Part shown: positions 49,901 to 62,997 of the stretch, piece after piece
Layout of the letters: every line of letters starts with the position of its first letter
Numbering within the stretch: position 1 is the stretch's first letter
Assembly: GCA_002269645.1 (NCBI GenBank)
Contig: NIVC01001485.1
Span: 62,001 to 126,000 of the forward strand
DNA length: 64,000 bases
Direction of reading: 5' to 3'
Origin: Macrostomum lignano
Taxonomy: Eukaryota
The notes under the pieces: model-generated
Seen by the model: only the letters and a program-made list of their open reading frames with translations
Database searches by the model: none
What the model was told of the DNA's origin: nothing
Made by a program: the position numbers and the translations under genes

Positions 49901-51021
49901 CCCACCAAATAGACAGGGGCACTCACAAAGAGACAGGGACGCCCACCAAATAGACAGGGACGCCCACCAAATAGACAGGGGCACTCACAAAGAGACAGGG
50001 ACGCCCACCAAAGAGACAGGGACGCCCACCAAATAGACAGGGACGCCCACCAAATAGACAGGGGCACTCACAAAGAGACAGGGACGCCCACCAAAGAGAC
50101 AGGGACGCCCACCAAAGAGACAGGGACGCCCACCAAATAGACAAGGGCACTCACCAAAGAGACAGGGACGCCCACCAAATAGACAAGGGCACTCACCAAA
50201 GAGACAGGGACGCCCACCAAATAGACAAGGGCACTCACCAAATAGACAGGGACGCCCACCAAAGAGACAGGGACGCCCACCAAAGAGACAGGGACGCCCA
50301 CCAAAGAGACAGGGACGCCCACCAAATAGACAGGGGCACTCACAAAGAGACAGGGACGCCCACCAAATAGACAGGGGCGCCAACCAAGAGACAGGGACGC
50401 CCACCAAGAGACAGGGGTGCCAAAACTAAAGAGACAGGCGTCCAAAGCGCTATCGCTTGATGAAAACACAATCTGATTGCCACAAAACAGGCGAAAGTCG
50501 GCCGCACATTCAGCATCGCTCTGGTCAGCGTGTACATGGCCGAGCAAGCCCGCATGGACTACTTGCTGAAGGTCTACCATCGGGCCAGTCGCCAAATTGT
50601 CTGCCAGACAAACTTCTTCGAGTCCGGTTTCTCATTCTATCGGTTCCTAGTTCAGGACGAGTACATCATGTTCTTCTCGCTGATGGCCCACCTCAAGCGG
50701 TACAGAATCGTGCCGGAGCCGGAGGAAGCTGCAGACGCTTACCGCATCGAACCCTGCCTGCCGCAGGAGCTCCGGTCCTGCGTTGGAAGCCGCGCGCCCA
50801 GCCTGTGGCCGCACAAAGACTGCCAGCACAACAATTTCGTTATGGAGCTGTTCGCTTGGACGCTTCAACGAGAAGAGTTCAACCTGCGTGGCATCCTCTG
50901 CTGCAGTCTGGCCGCCTACGAACGCTGCGCCTTCCCGGACGAGCGCGTCCTGGCCCGCATGCTGCAGGTCTGCGCCGACGATCCCGGCGACAATGTCATC
51001 GTGTCCTGCCCGCTGCGCTGA
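46935..51021 (+). CDS. Uncharacterised ~438-aa protein (3 exons)
   Basis: Exons 46935-47321, 49115-49513 and 50491-51021 (1317 nt), all phase-0 GT-AG junctions (CAG|gtgagc, ctcag|GTG, CAG|gtgatg, aacag|GCG). GC-rich coding-like composition. No family recognised; start codon uncertain. Confidence 0.65.
47384..48026. mobile_element. hAT MITE carrying an internal 21-bp minisatellite
   Basis: Perfect 14-bp TIR CAGGGGCGTCGCCA / TGGCGACGCCCCTG and exact 8-bp TSD AGTGGGAG (47376-47383, 48027-48034). Internal array CACTCATTTTAGCGCCGCAGG at ~47475-47880. Confidence 0.92.
48700..48990. repeat. 48-bp minisatellite (GATCATGTGACCAATGAGGGTTGATTGGATGTGCAGGCCTGCGGCCTT), ~6 copies
   Basis: 16-aa periodicity in the spurious ORF. 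Confidence 0.9.
49705..50440. repeat. ~21-bp composite minisatellite (AGAGACAGGGACGCCCACCAA / TAGACAGGGGCACTCACAA) in intron 2 of the unknown gene
   Basis: Direct reading. Confidence 0.92.
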
Positions 51022-51054
51022 TGCTGCTGGGGACCGTCTGCCCCTCCGCCTCTC

Positions 51055-51620
51055 TCACTCTGTCTCCACTCTCCTTTCTCCCACCTCTCTTTTCCTCTCT
51101 GTCTCTCCTGTCTTCATCTCTCTCTTCTCTCCCCTCTATCTCCCCTCTATCTCCCCATCTATCTCCCCATCTATCTCCCCCTCTATCTCCCCCTCTATCT
51201 TCCTCTCTATCTTTTCTCTATTTCCCCTCTATCTCCCCTCTATCTCTTCTCTAGCTCCTCCTATTTCCCCCTCTATATCCCTCTCTATCTCCTTTCCATC
51301 TCACCCTTCTATCTCCCCTCAATCTCCCTCTCTATCCCTCTCTATCTCCCCCTCTATCCCCGCATCTATCTCCCCTCATTTCCCCTCTATCTACCCCTAC
51401 CTTCCCCTTTATCTCCCCATCAATCTCCCCTCCATCTCCCTCTCTATCTCCCCCTCTTTCTCCCCCTCTATCTCCCTTCATCTCTTCTCTAGCTCCCCTC
51501 TATCTCCCCTTTATCTCCCCCTTTATCTGCCCTCCATCTCCCTCTTTCCCCCTCTATATCCCTATCTATCTCCCCTCCATCTCGTCCTCGCTCTCTTCCT
51601 CTACCTCTCACCCCTATCTT
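51055..51620. repeat. CT-rich low-complexity tract (CTATCTCCCC-like units)
   Basis: Direct reading. Confidence 0.85.
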
Positions 51621-52148
51621 ATATCGAGTACCTGTCTCCCTGTGCGTTAGATCGCGTAGGAAAATAATTATGTTTTTACAGCACCGATTGTTGTGACTCA
51701 TGACTGCGCGAACCGTTGCTCCAGACAAGGTACTTGTAGCTGCAAAACACAAATTTGTGATAGGATTAAAAAATTAAATTTTACAGTTTTTAGACAGTTT
51801 TTAGACAGTTTTTTATTTCTCAAAGCTACACAGGATTAATAACTTCGTACAGACCAAAATTCAAGTTTTCAAGGCATTTTTTAAAATACGCAGGTACGAA
51901 ACGTAAAAACTTGCTGATGCGTGTTTTAACTGACACGCGAGGCTGGCTGCACACTTTGAGTATGAGTGCATGAATAGCAATATTATTGTTCGTCTGTCTA
52001 CGAACATTCTCTCGTCCCGTCAGGCCACAATGAACAATAGGGCTTTTTAACGCTCATATGCATAGATATATACATCTGTACAGAGCAAGCTCAACTCAAG
52101 ACTCAGACTCAAGCGACTCAAGCTCTCAAGACATCAAGACATAAGGAA

Positions 52149-55100
52149 ATGTCTGGCAGCAACACCGAGGCATTCTGCTCCGAGGTTGAGCAGCTGCTCG
52201 CATCTCTGCCTAAAGATGGAGGCCTCATCTGTCAAGCCGCGGCCAGGCAGATGCTGGCTGAGAAGCTGGTCAGAAAGCAGCGTAACCTACAGATGCCGAT
52301 CGGAGTCTGGACTGTGCTAGCTCTGCTCACTGCTGGCCTTCTGGCTCGGGCAGCGTATCGGAGCAGCTCGCCAACCTGCCTGCTGTCAGGCACCTGGCTC
52401 CAGGAGATTGCTAGGCAGCCCAGCAACTGCAGCAGCATGTGCGCCGGCCTCACCTCCGTTCCCGTGGAGACGGACATCTCGCCCGAGCGGTTCCTGCAGC
52501 TGTACGCCTACACCGGCCGGCCTCTGCTGGTGAGGAACGGCACCCGGGGCTGGCGGGCGCACCAGCACTTCAGCTACGAGTTCATCAGAGACCTGCACGA
52601 CAGGCATCCATCAGCCTACGGCCATGGACCCAATATTAAGGTAAATAATTGGGATGGTAGCTTAAGTTTGGAGTGCTTCGATTCTTCAATCAGTCGTAGA
52701 GAAATCGATATGGCAAAACTCGAGACCCCGACGCCAACTTGAACCACAAAATATTGTATATAAAACTTGACAATTCAGTAAATTAAAAATACACAGTAAT
52801 GCAACTTACAATGCCAAACATTTTCTTGATGCGCTACCTCGCAGTAAAATTGTCTCATGACTGAGCGTGCGTTTTTGGTCCAAAAAGCGTGCATTAATCT
52901 TACAGTCTATGGTCCAACCCTATGCGGCGTAGCCAAAAAAGCGTGCAGATAATGAAAAAAGCGTGCAGATAATGAAAAAGCGTGCAGATAATAGCGTACA
53001 GCGCCACAAAAAACAGCAGTTTGCAAGCAACGTGCACACGAGGCTGCTAGGAGCATACGGCTGGCCATCAGTCTTGCGAAGAGTGCCGTAAAAGTAGCGC
53101 AGGCCAACGCTCAGCTCCTCAGGTTGCGAGGTGTCCAAATCGACGCGCAGGTGCGGATACTTGGCCAAGAAATCGCGAAATTTCGCGACGTATTTAGCCT
53201 CATGCTTCTTAGACGATTTGACATCGGTCTCTTGCTCCAGCGCCCGGATTGATGCGTCAAGGTCGATCGAGGCCAAGTCGTTGTTCAAATCAGGGATGGA
53301 GTCGAATAGGCGGTTCAGCTCCTCGTTGTCGTCCACACTAGTTGATTGGAGACGTAACTGCTCGTCCACAAGCTTCTCAACGTCGGCCCACTCCAAATGG
53401 TGGGAGATCTCACCGGCCGTCATGCCGCTTCTCATGCCGTTAGGAAATAATGAATCCATATGGGGCCAAACTCACGATCAGAAGCTTGTGCATAGCATGC
53501 AAGAAGTTGTCTATGGTCACTAAGAAAATGTCTATGGTAGGAACTCCTAGCTGCAGGAACAAAAAGCGTGCAGATAATAAAGTACAGTGCTGTGACGAAG
53601 ATTTTTTTCAACGCACGCTCAGTCATGGGACAATATGCCTACGCGCACTCGAGCCAAGACTATTATCGCACTCTCGAAAGCCTAGTAGTAATCTTACATT
53701 ATGTATATTACATGTATGAAATAAATTATAGGGAAATTGACGTATCTGATACTCTATTAACAGCATAAATTCTAAATTCATTTTAACACCCTCAAACCCG
53801 CTGGCTGCTCTGCAGCCATCTGCCATCCGCGGAATGCCCGCCGCCACAGTTGTCTGTGGCCAGGACCAGCGGCACCCTGCAACTCACTCTGAGAAAACCC
53901 ACTGTGGCTGCAGAGCAGCCATCAAAGAAATAGCACTCATTTTCACACCTCATTTAGTGAATCTACGGCTGCTCTGCAGCCAACGGGTTTTCAAAGAGTG
54001 AATGCTGTGGCTGCTTGTGGGCAGAAGCAGATGTCTATGGCTGCTCTGCAGCCAACGGGTTTTCAAAGAGTGAATGCTGTGGCTGCTTGTGGGCAGAAGC
54101 AGATGTCTATGGCTGCTCTGCAGCCAACGGGTTTTCAAAGAGTGAATGCTGTGGCTGCTTGTGGGCAGAAGCAGATGTCTATGGCTGCTCTGCAGCCAAC
54201 GGGTTTTCAAAGAGTGAATGCTGTGGCTGCTTGTGGGCAGAAGCAGATGTCTATGGCTGCTCTGCAGCCAACGGGTTTTCAAAGAGTGAATGCTGTGGCT
54301 GCTTGTGGGCAGAAGCAGATGTCTATGGCTGCTCTGCAGCCAACGGGTTTTCAAAGAGTGAATGCTGTGGCTGCTTGTGGGCAGAAGCAGATGTCTATGG
54401 CTGCTCTGCAGCCAACGGGTTTTCAAAGAGTGAATGCTGTGGCTGCTTGTGGGCAGAAGCAGATGTCTATGGCTGCTCTGCAGCCAACGGGTTTTCAAAG
54501 AGTGAATGCTGTGGCTGCTTGTGGGCAGAAGCAGATGTCTATGGCTGCTCTGCAGCCAGCGGGTTTTTTCAGAGTGAGTGCACAGGCTTGAGTGGCAGAA
54601 GTGGTTTTAGCGCTATAAACAGAGAAAACTTCCTACTTTGATATAACAACGACTTAAGTAGGATGGGCACCTTGTATCTTATTTATCTAAATTCCTATTT
54701 CGCATTCCTAAAATTATGTCGTCCTTATTTAAACTTCTCCACCTCAAGTAAAAGAATTAAGCGCATTTTGCGAGTTTATCGTCTTTCGAGTCTACTTTCG
54801 TTGTCCATGCGACTGTCAGTTTGCTTTGTATTTTTAAATCCATTGAGTGGCTTCTCTGAACAACATCACCTATCAACGCATTCCAGGTAATCGATCCGTT
54901 CAACGTTGAGCTGGCCACCTTGCACGACGCGCTGCACATGTCGGAGGAGCGTCGTCGTCGTCCGTTCTACTTCGGCTGGAAGAATCTCAATCGAGGCGTT
55001 TGCCTTGAGCTGATGAACTACCACGAGCGTCCGTACTATCTTGGGCCGGAGATTGAGCACCCGGCTGCTGATTGGTTCTATATTGGCAGCGCTAGCAGGG

Positions 55101-56716
55101 CGGCTCTTTTGCATGTGAGCTTGGAAACCGATTGGAGAGACTGGAGCTGATAGGTGCTGGTGTACAGTGAGGAGTAGGGGTTGGAGAAGCTGATAGGCGT
55201 GGATGTACAGTGAGGGGAAGGGGTTGGAGAAGCTGATAGGCTCTGGTGTACATTGAGGGGTCGGGGTTGCTGCACCTAACGGCGGAGTACTGGTCAGGCA
55301 TTCCACTACAGGAAAAATACGCGACTAGACCATGGGTCCACGGTGGCATGGACTCGACTAGTCATGGCTCCCGTGGACTCGACTAGTCATGGCTCCCATG
55401 GTTGGAGAAGCTGATAGGCGCTGGTCTACATTGAGGGGTAGGGGTTGGAGAAGCTGATAGGCGTGGGTGTACATTGAGGGGTAGGGGTTGGAGAAGCTGA
55501 TAGGCGTGGTTGTACATTGAGGGTAGGGGTTAGGGAAGCTGATAGGCGTGGTTGTACAGTGAGGGGTAGCGGTTAGGGAAGCTGATAGGCGTGGGTGTAC
55601 AGTGAGGGTAGAAGGTTTTAGACAGAAGCCTTAGCCTAAAGGTGAATTAAAGCCTATTTTTACCCAATTCCATTTGAATTCCAACATTGTTTAGCAATTT
55701 GACGATCATTATTCGCATTTTTATGCAGAACAATACATTACTACGAACAATGCATTGTTTTTAGGATCGTCAAACAAAAAAACAATGCAAACAATCAGCG
55801 GTCGCAGCACGTGACAACAATTTGTCTATGGCTTGTCTATGGCGCTCGCCAGATAATCGTTGTCACGCACTGGGACCGCTGATTATTTATCCATTGTTCA
55901 CCAAAACCTGCGAGATTCTTTTTTTCAGATCGACTTTTTTTACCGGCCATCTTGGCAGGCGCAGATCGCGGGCAGGAAACGGTGGATCTTGCAGCCGCCA
56001 GTTGAATGCGAGAGCGTCTGCTCGCCTCTGCAAGTCGACATCGAGCCCGGAGATATCTGTGAGCTTATTGTGTTTTAAAACTGGTTTTGGGGTTGGTGCG
56101 GCGGTTTGGGGGTTGGTGTAATGGTTTGGGGGTTGGTGCAATGGTTTGGGGGTTGGTGTAATGGTTTGGGGGTTGGTGTAATGGTTTGGGGGTTGGTGTA
56201 ATGGTTCTGGGGGTTGGTGCGATGGTCTGGAGGGTTAGTGCGCCGGTTTGGGGGGTTGGTGCGACGGTTTGGGGGGTTGGTGCGCCGGTTTGGGGGGTTG
56301 GTGCGACGGTTTAGGGGTTGGTGCGACGGTTTGGGGGTTGGTGCGACGGTTTGGGGGTTGGTGCGACGGTTTGGGGGTTGGTGCGATGTTTTGGGGGTTG
56401 GTGCGATGTTTTGGGGGTTGGTGTGACGATTAGGGGATTGGTGTAATGGTTTGGGTGTTCCTTTGGGTTGGTGTTGGTTTGGGAATGTGATATTTGGAGT
56501 TTTGAATTAGTTTACAAAGATTTTCATAGTCAGACTTTTACTCATATTCTACTGACAGTAGACGCACGCAAACCTGTATTGATTCATTGATATACATTTG
56601 TATATGTTAATTTTTTTCACACCGTTTCAGTGAACGTCGACCCCAATCAGTGGTACCACGCAACCTACGTGCTAAATGAGACATTCAGCATCACCTTGGG
56701 TAGCGAATTTATGTGA
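52149..56716 (+). CDS. Membrane-anchored cupin/JmjC-like protein (uncharacterised invertebrate family)
   Basis: Exons 52149-52640, 54887-55114, 55929-56058 and 56631-56716 (936 nt, in frame). N-terminal TM segment. Motifs ISPERF...YAYTGRPLLV, FSYEF, FYFGWKN, RPYYL, DWFYIG, LHID (HxD), PSWQAQI.G.KRW.L.PP.EC, PGDI and WYH.T. Confidence 0.8.
52850..53633 (-). mobile_element. Crypton-like (tyrosine recombinase / DUF3504-type) truncated element in cupin-gene intron 1
   Basis: ORF 53459-52920: KSSKKHEAKYVAKFRDFL...LRYFYGTLRKTDGQPYAPSSL, the N-terminal pattern of Crypton/ZMYM-type YR proteins, cut before the catalytic core. Bracketed by 24-bp inverted repeats at 52850-52873 and 53610-53633 (1 mismatch). 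Confidence 0.6.
53958..54565. repeat. 72-bp minisatellite, ~8.5 near-identical copies
   Basis: 24-aa periodicity in the spurious ORFs. Confidence 0.95.
55130..55610. repeat. G-rich ~41-bp degenerate repeat (GGGTTGGAGAAGCTGATAGGCGTGG) in cupin-gene intron 2
   Basis: Direct reading; interrupted by unique sequence and a duplicated GGACTCGACTAGTCATGGCTCCC. Confidence 0.8.
56085..56450. repeat. 20-bp G-rich minisatellite (GGTTTGGGGGTTGGTGCGAC) in cupin-gene intron 3
   Basis: Direct reading. Confidence 0.9.
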
Positions 56717-57029
56717 AACTTGTGCCAGATTTTTAGCTACCGTCATATCGAAAACATTGTTTTATTGCTGTCTTAAAAAGGAAAAAATACAATTAATAAT
56801 TTGCTTAATGAGGTTTGCTGGGTTGCAGATAAGAAATACAAAAATACTTTTTGGGCTTCACTTGCGTTGATTTGGTGCAATTTATTCTGAACGGTTTAAA
56901 CAAGCCCTGTACTACATGAAGACAGCACATGCTGGTGGTGTGATTCAGAATAATTAGCCGTTATTAGCGTACAGAACTTTATGCACGAGCAGTTGGTTAT
57001 AATAGTAAGATAGACAGACATGTAAGATT

Positions 57030-57310
<281 letters not shown>

Positions 57311-58018
57311 AGTCAGGCTCAATGCACAAACAGAGACACTGAGGCAGACACCAAGAATACACAGAAAAAGACAGAACGATAAAGGGGGTGTGGAGGGGAA
57401 GCGGGGGTGTGGGGGCGGCGAGCCCCCCTCACATGAGACAGCTCCGCTACCCAACAGCAAAATCGAGAGGTGAGGCGGGGCGTGGATTGGGTTCTTAATC
57501 TACATATACTAAATCTCTAAAGTTTGTATTCGGAGGTCCCGGGGCGGCACCGGACTACCACAATGGGCCACCCTGGACTCCACTGTGTCGATGATGTACA
57601 GGATAACCTCGTATCGGATTGCAGCATTGCAGCAAATAACCAATCGTCTTCATTCTCTTCATAGTCTTCATTCACTAGTTATTCTACTATCTGTGGCTCA
57701 AACAGGAAGCAGTCATTAATGCTCGGATTGCAGCCAAGAGTTGAGAAGCCATAAAAGCAGCAAATCCGGAGCCGAGATGCGCAACCACAGAGTCAGTCAG
57801 TCGGAAGGCATTCCGTATAGGAAGTCGTAAAAAAGGAGGCAGTAAGCAAACGGGGCGGATAAAATTGATTGCTGCTTCTGTTGGCATCCAACGGCCGATC
57901 GAATACTAAAACCACGTGTTTTGCTGACACGTGATTTCTTATTAAACAGTCGAAGAAAAAAGGAACGGAAAAATCCAGGAAAAGTTCTGGTAGCAGAAAT
58001 TACCTTTTTGCTTTTGCT

Positions 58019-60465
58019 ATGAAGACGCCAAATAATTCGTGTCTTCTGCTGCTGATTCTGTCGTCGGCATCTGTTGCCTTTGGAGCAACCCGAGCAGACG
58101 ACTATTTCACTTCGATCTCGCACGTCGCCAAGCTCTGCTCGTCAAGGGCTCGTCTGGCCGACGCTCTGCTCAACTATGCCGAGACTGAGTCGAGTCGACT
58201 CGAACGGTTGCGACAATTTGCTGACACTTTGCGCTCCAATGACGGCAACGTGTCGGGAATTGAGCACCCGGTTGAGGCCTACGTCACTATCCGACAGATG
58301 AGCCGGGAGTGGAAGGCGCTGCTAGGCCAATGCGACTGCGCTGAGACCTACCAGCTGGTGGCCAAGTCTGCGGGGATTCGGCCGCCAGCAGAGGACGACT
58401 ACAATGGAGCCGCCGATGCGCTGCTGCGGCTGCAGGACGTCTACAGGATCTCGGCGGCTGCCATGGCCAGGGGCCGGTTGGAAGTCAACTCTAAAAAGGG
58501 AACTGGCGATGGGGAACAAACGGACAGTGGGCCTCTGATGCTGACTGGTGAGTCTTCTAGTCTGAGTAAACGCCTTATATTTATTGGGTCAAATTGAAAT
58601 GGGCAAGGGGGCTGCTAACAAAAATATTGGTGACTTTGGTGACTGTTGCGACGTTGCAAAATTAGACAGATGGTAAGATGAGAAATCAATCTATAATTTA
58701 CCTGTACAATTGATGTAATTATAGAATGTAGGGGTTCCGCCTCTCGTAAAAAGGGATGCGCCTCCTTGACCCCGCAATGCTGTTTCTCTAATTTATGGTT
58801 TCGTATAAAAATTACTTCTTATCTAATTTTTCATTGGGTTCACCGATTGCAATCAGGGTTACGGTTTTGCTGATAAGAAAGTGGGCTGATTCCATAGATT
58901 GTGAAATTGGAAAGATAAGAACCAATATTAATACTAATATTAGCCTACCCAAACTCACGATCTGATGCACAAATTTCCTATATACTAAAATCTTATCTAA
59001 ATGAAAGGGTACTTCCGCTGACCCCTAAGCACACACCCGCACATACAGTACGCGCGTACGCACTCACACTGGGTGCGCATCGGTCCAGATTCCACCCCGG
59101 TTTTCGTTGCAAAATCTCGAATCTATACTTATTACTTATACATAGCTCTCCACGATTCCAACTTCAAATAAGACTACATGTAAAAACAGAACCTCAAATT
59201 GCAGCCGAGGACGCGATCCACCTGGCCACAAGGGCATTCAACACCAGCCTGCTCTCGATCGGCATGGACTGGGCCCGGCTGCTGCTGATGTCCGACGCAT
59301 TTCCTGACTGGACGATTGAGCGAAAGCTAAGTCGGGCGCTGGATCTGCTGCAGCTGGCGGCTCAATTGGTAAGTTGAATAATTAATTGCTTAACTTTCGG
59401 ATAAAAGGCTCATTCCGGTGACTCCTGAGAACACATACAATCACACCAATACTGTACGCAGGCACAGCACTCATACACACGCTCACACAGGGTGTACAGG
59501 GGCCCTAACTGACTTTTTAATCGTCAGGCATGTACACTCTGCGCCTTGGGGGTTGGCCCCCTCATCGGGGTGATACCGCTGTGCATTTTGGTCCGATGAA
59601 TTAAATTAAATTTGCAATTGCACTAAAAACGTCGTGAAACCACTCAGAAATATAAATTTTAACAAAAAAATCCGCGACTATCTTGCGCTGGTAGGGACGT
59701 TTTATCGGTGTTCAATATGTTGTTCAAGAATGCCAATTTGTAGTGCGAATTGAAATATTTGATGTAATTTAACCAACAAAGAAAACTAAGGATCGACAAA
59801 TGAACAACGTAGAGTAGTCTAATTGCTTAGTACTCGAATGTTAATGCACAAATATGAATTTGGAGATGTTAGTAGCTTTTTAAATGCTTACCCTACAGGG
59901 GGGGCTCGTGTGCTAGTCTTACATACTAAATTTACCTTACTAAAAGCAACTGATTTTTATCGCAACCGTCGTAGCCTTCATCTCAAGGCGGCAGCCAGAT
60001 CGGCGCATTTCTCGAAAACATGTGGAACAAGACCAGCGGCAACTTGACCGGGGCAGCGGCCAAGATCTCCAGCCAGATCAAAGTCATTTCCGACGGAGAA
60101 AAGGAGACAGAAAACTATAAGGAGATCTGCCGAGAGGGCAGCCGGACCAATAATCACAGCTCCAGCCTGACCTGCCGGCTCGCAGTTCCTCATCCGTTCT
60201 TCACTCTGGCGCCGGTCAAAGAGGAGCTGCTCAACTCCGATCCCAGGGTGACCTTCCTGTACGACATCCTCACTGACAGGGAGAGCGACCGCCTGACTGA
60301 GGTCGCTGACCCCAGACTTCAACGCGCCAGAGTCAGCGGCGGTGTTTTCACCAAGATCCGGGTCAGCAAGAGCGCCTTCCTGGATGACGAAGAGGACTGG
60401 TCGGTGGAGCGAGTCAACCGCAGGTGAAGCAACCTATCTCTCTATCTATCTATCTATCTATCTAG

Positions 60466-60519
<54 letters not shown>

Positions 60520-60520
60520 C

Positions 60521-60551
<31 letters not shown>

Positions 60552-60572
60552 CTCTATCTATCTATCTATCTC

Positions 60573-60617
<45 letters not shown>

Positions 60618-60662
60618 TTATCTATTTATCTAGCTATCTATCTATCTCTCTATCTATCTATC

Positions 60663-60733
<71 letters not shown>

Positions 60734-60769
60734 TTATCTATTTATCTATCTATCTATCTCTCTATCTAC

Positions 60770-60805
<36 letters not shown>

Positions 60806-60842
60806 TTATCTATCTATCTATCTCTCTATCTATCTATCTATC

Positions 60843-60913
<71 letters not shown>

Positions 60914-60948
60914 TTATCTATTTATCTATCTATCTATCTATCTATCTC

Positions 60949-60994
<46 letters not shown>

Positions 60995-61355
60995 CGGTGA
61001 TCTTGTGTGCGTGCATTCAGCTTGATTGGCTGCGGCAAGCAAGCTCGAAAGAGCTCGCTTCGCTCGCTCTTTCTCGCTATCTACCATCTATTGCCAGGAC
61101 CTGCACCGGAGCGGTTACGAAAATTAGATTTCTCGGTAGTTGCTCGCACTCTTTTGCACTACTTGAGTAGTCTGATTTTCGAACGGCAGGCTGGTTCCAG
61201 CAGGTAGTTCCTCTGGATAAAAGCGCTTACCGCGCCCATTGGCTTTCCAGCTGCCTTAATCGTTTCCGGTGATCTTGTGTGCGTGCATTCAGCTTGATTG
61301 GCTGCGGCAAGCAAGCTCGAAAGAGCTCGCTTCGCTCGCTCTTTCTCGCTATCTA

Positions 61356-61399
<44 letters not shown>

Positions 61400-61858
61400 T
61401 TATCTATCTATTCATCTATGGGCCACAGACACAAGCAGCTATTAAATAACCATTCTCAATCGTCCCACAGGCTGGGACTGGTCACAGGGTTGAACGTTAG
61501 CGACTCGGACCCGCTGCAGCTGGGCAACTACGGCATCGGAGGACAGTACGAGCCCCACTTGGACAGCAAAGGTGTCGGCCTGGCCAAAGGCAACAGCAGG
61601 CTAGCCACCGCGCTGCTGTACATCAACAATGTTAAGCAGGGCGGTGGCACGGTGTTCACTCGGCTGGGCCTGCGAGTCCAACCGGTGAAGAACGGCGCCC
61701 TCTATTGGCACAATTTGCGGCGCAATTCTAGCGATATTTTCGACACTTTACACGCCGCCTGCCCGGTGCTGGAGGGCTCCAAGTGGGTGGCCAATAAGTG
61801 GATCTACTATATGGGACAGATGGCCAGCTGGCCTTGCGGACTGAGCCAGTTGGAGTGA
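58019..61858 (+). CDS. P4HA: Prolyl 4-hydroxylase alpha subunit
   Basis: Exons 58019-58547, 59205-59368, 59975-60423 and 61471-61858 (1530 nt, in frame). Signal peptide, FTSI, HPV.AY..I, D..GAADALLRLQDVY, LTAED, Y..ICR, P.KEE, RVSKSA.L, LQ.GNYGIGGQYEPHLD, QGGGTVF, HAACPVL.GSKWVANKW (His-x-Asp...His plus 2OG-binding Lys). The exon 3 acceptor is the least certain. Confidence 0.92.
60430..60992. repeat. (TCTA)n microsatellite in P4HA intron 3 (second short tract at 61350-61415)
   Basis: Direct reading. Confidence 0.95.
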
Positions 61859-62997
61859 CCTTCAGTTGTACCCATGCGAGTTATTTTGACGTGTTTTCAG
61901 CTCGATATTAGGGTCAAGGGAGGGTAGAGGTTGGGACTGACCGAAGTGCCAGAGACAGTAGTGAATAATTAGGAAGCTTTGGACTCAATTAAAAAGTTAA
62001 TTTGCATGTACATGCAATGCGGACAGGAGATAAATATTGATATGATGACTCTGGTGTATGTAAGTGTATATCTAAAACGCACAAAAACAACACATATTAA
62101 AAAGAGTGCAAGGCAATATAATTTTAAATAACAATGGCTAAACTGAATTTATATTTGCTTACCGTTGCAAGTTTTTTACAATTATAATTCCCATATAGAG
62201 TAAATTATGTTGACAGAAGCTGATGAAGGGGTGCAGTATGTACACAACTCGGAGAAACAGGCCATGATATACGCTATTAATAATTAAAGTGTTACAATTG
62301 CACACAGGTAAGCGTGGCTCCCGATTGCTGTTTTAATTGTGTCTCTGAACTCTGGTAATTAAAAGAGTTCCTTGAATAATTTAACTGAATACAAACAATA
62401 CACCTACAACACAGGTAGACAGTGAATGACAAAACACCTAAATAATTAGTAACATAATTATTGCATTGCCAGGACTTTGACCAACAATTATCATAAATAT
62501 TTATAATTTCATAAATTAATTAAGGAAAGTATAGGAGAGATTAAAAGACACACAGACAGAGCAGAATCGCAAACGCTGAAAAAAGAAAACAATTGTAAAA
62601 ATGCAATTCTACACCAATTTTTATGTTTCTGATCAAATTAAAATACGACTGATCAACCAGCCAGTCCGATTAAACATAGAGAGACTAACAGCAACGTTAA
62701 ACAGAAAAGAATCAACAAACAGAGGCGGGCGACTGATTAAAAAACACAACAGACAAAGCAATATGCTTTTATTAGCCGTTGAAAGCAAAAAAATGGAGAA
62801 AAAATCCTGATAAAATTGCAGCGAAACCACAAAATAAACTGACAGCACAGAGCAAGAAGACAACAATGAAAGCAGAAAGAAGCAAAGCAAAAAAATCAGC
62901 TGATTGCGAATGTAGGATCCAAAATGTATTGCGCGTCGGAAAACGTCATTACAGAGAAAGAACTCTTTCTTTTATTTGATAGTTGAATAGATAGACT

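Noticed and set aside
49115-51021. ORFs 49115-49549 and 50530-51021 as independent genes
   Set aside because: Both are bounded by in-phase splice sites and join the 46935-47321 exon into one frame.
59480-59580. Additional hAT-like ends (CAGGGGCCC at ~59477; ...CTCCACTG at ~57580)
   Set aside because: No matching opposite terminus or TSD could be identified.
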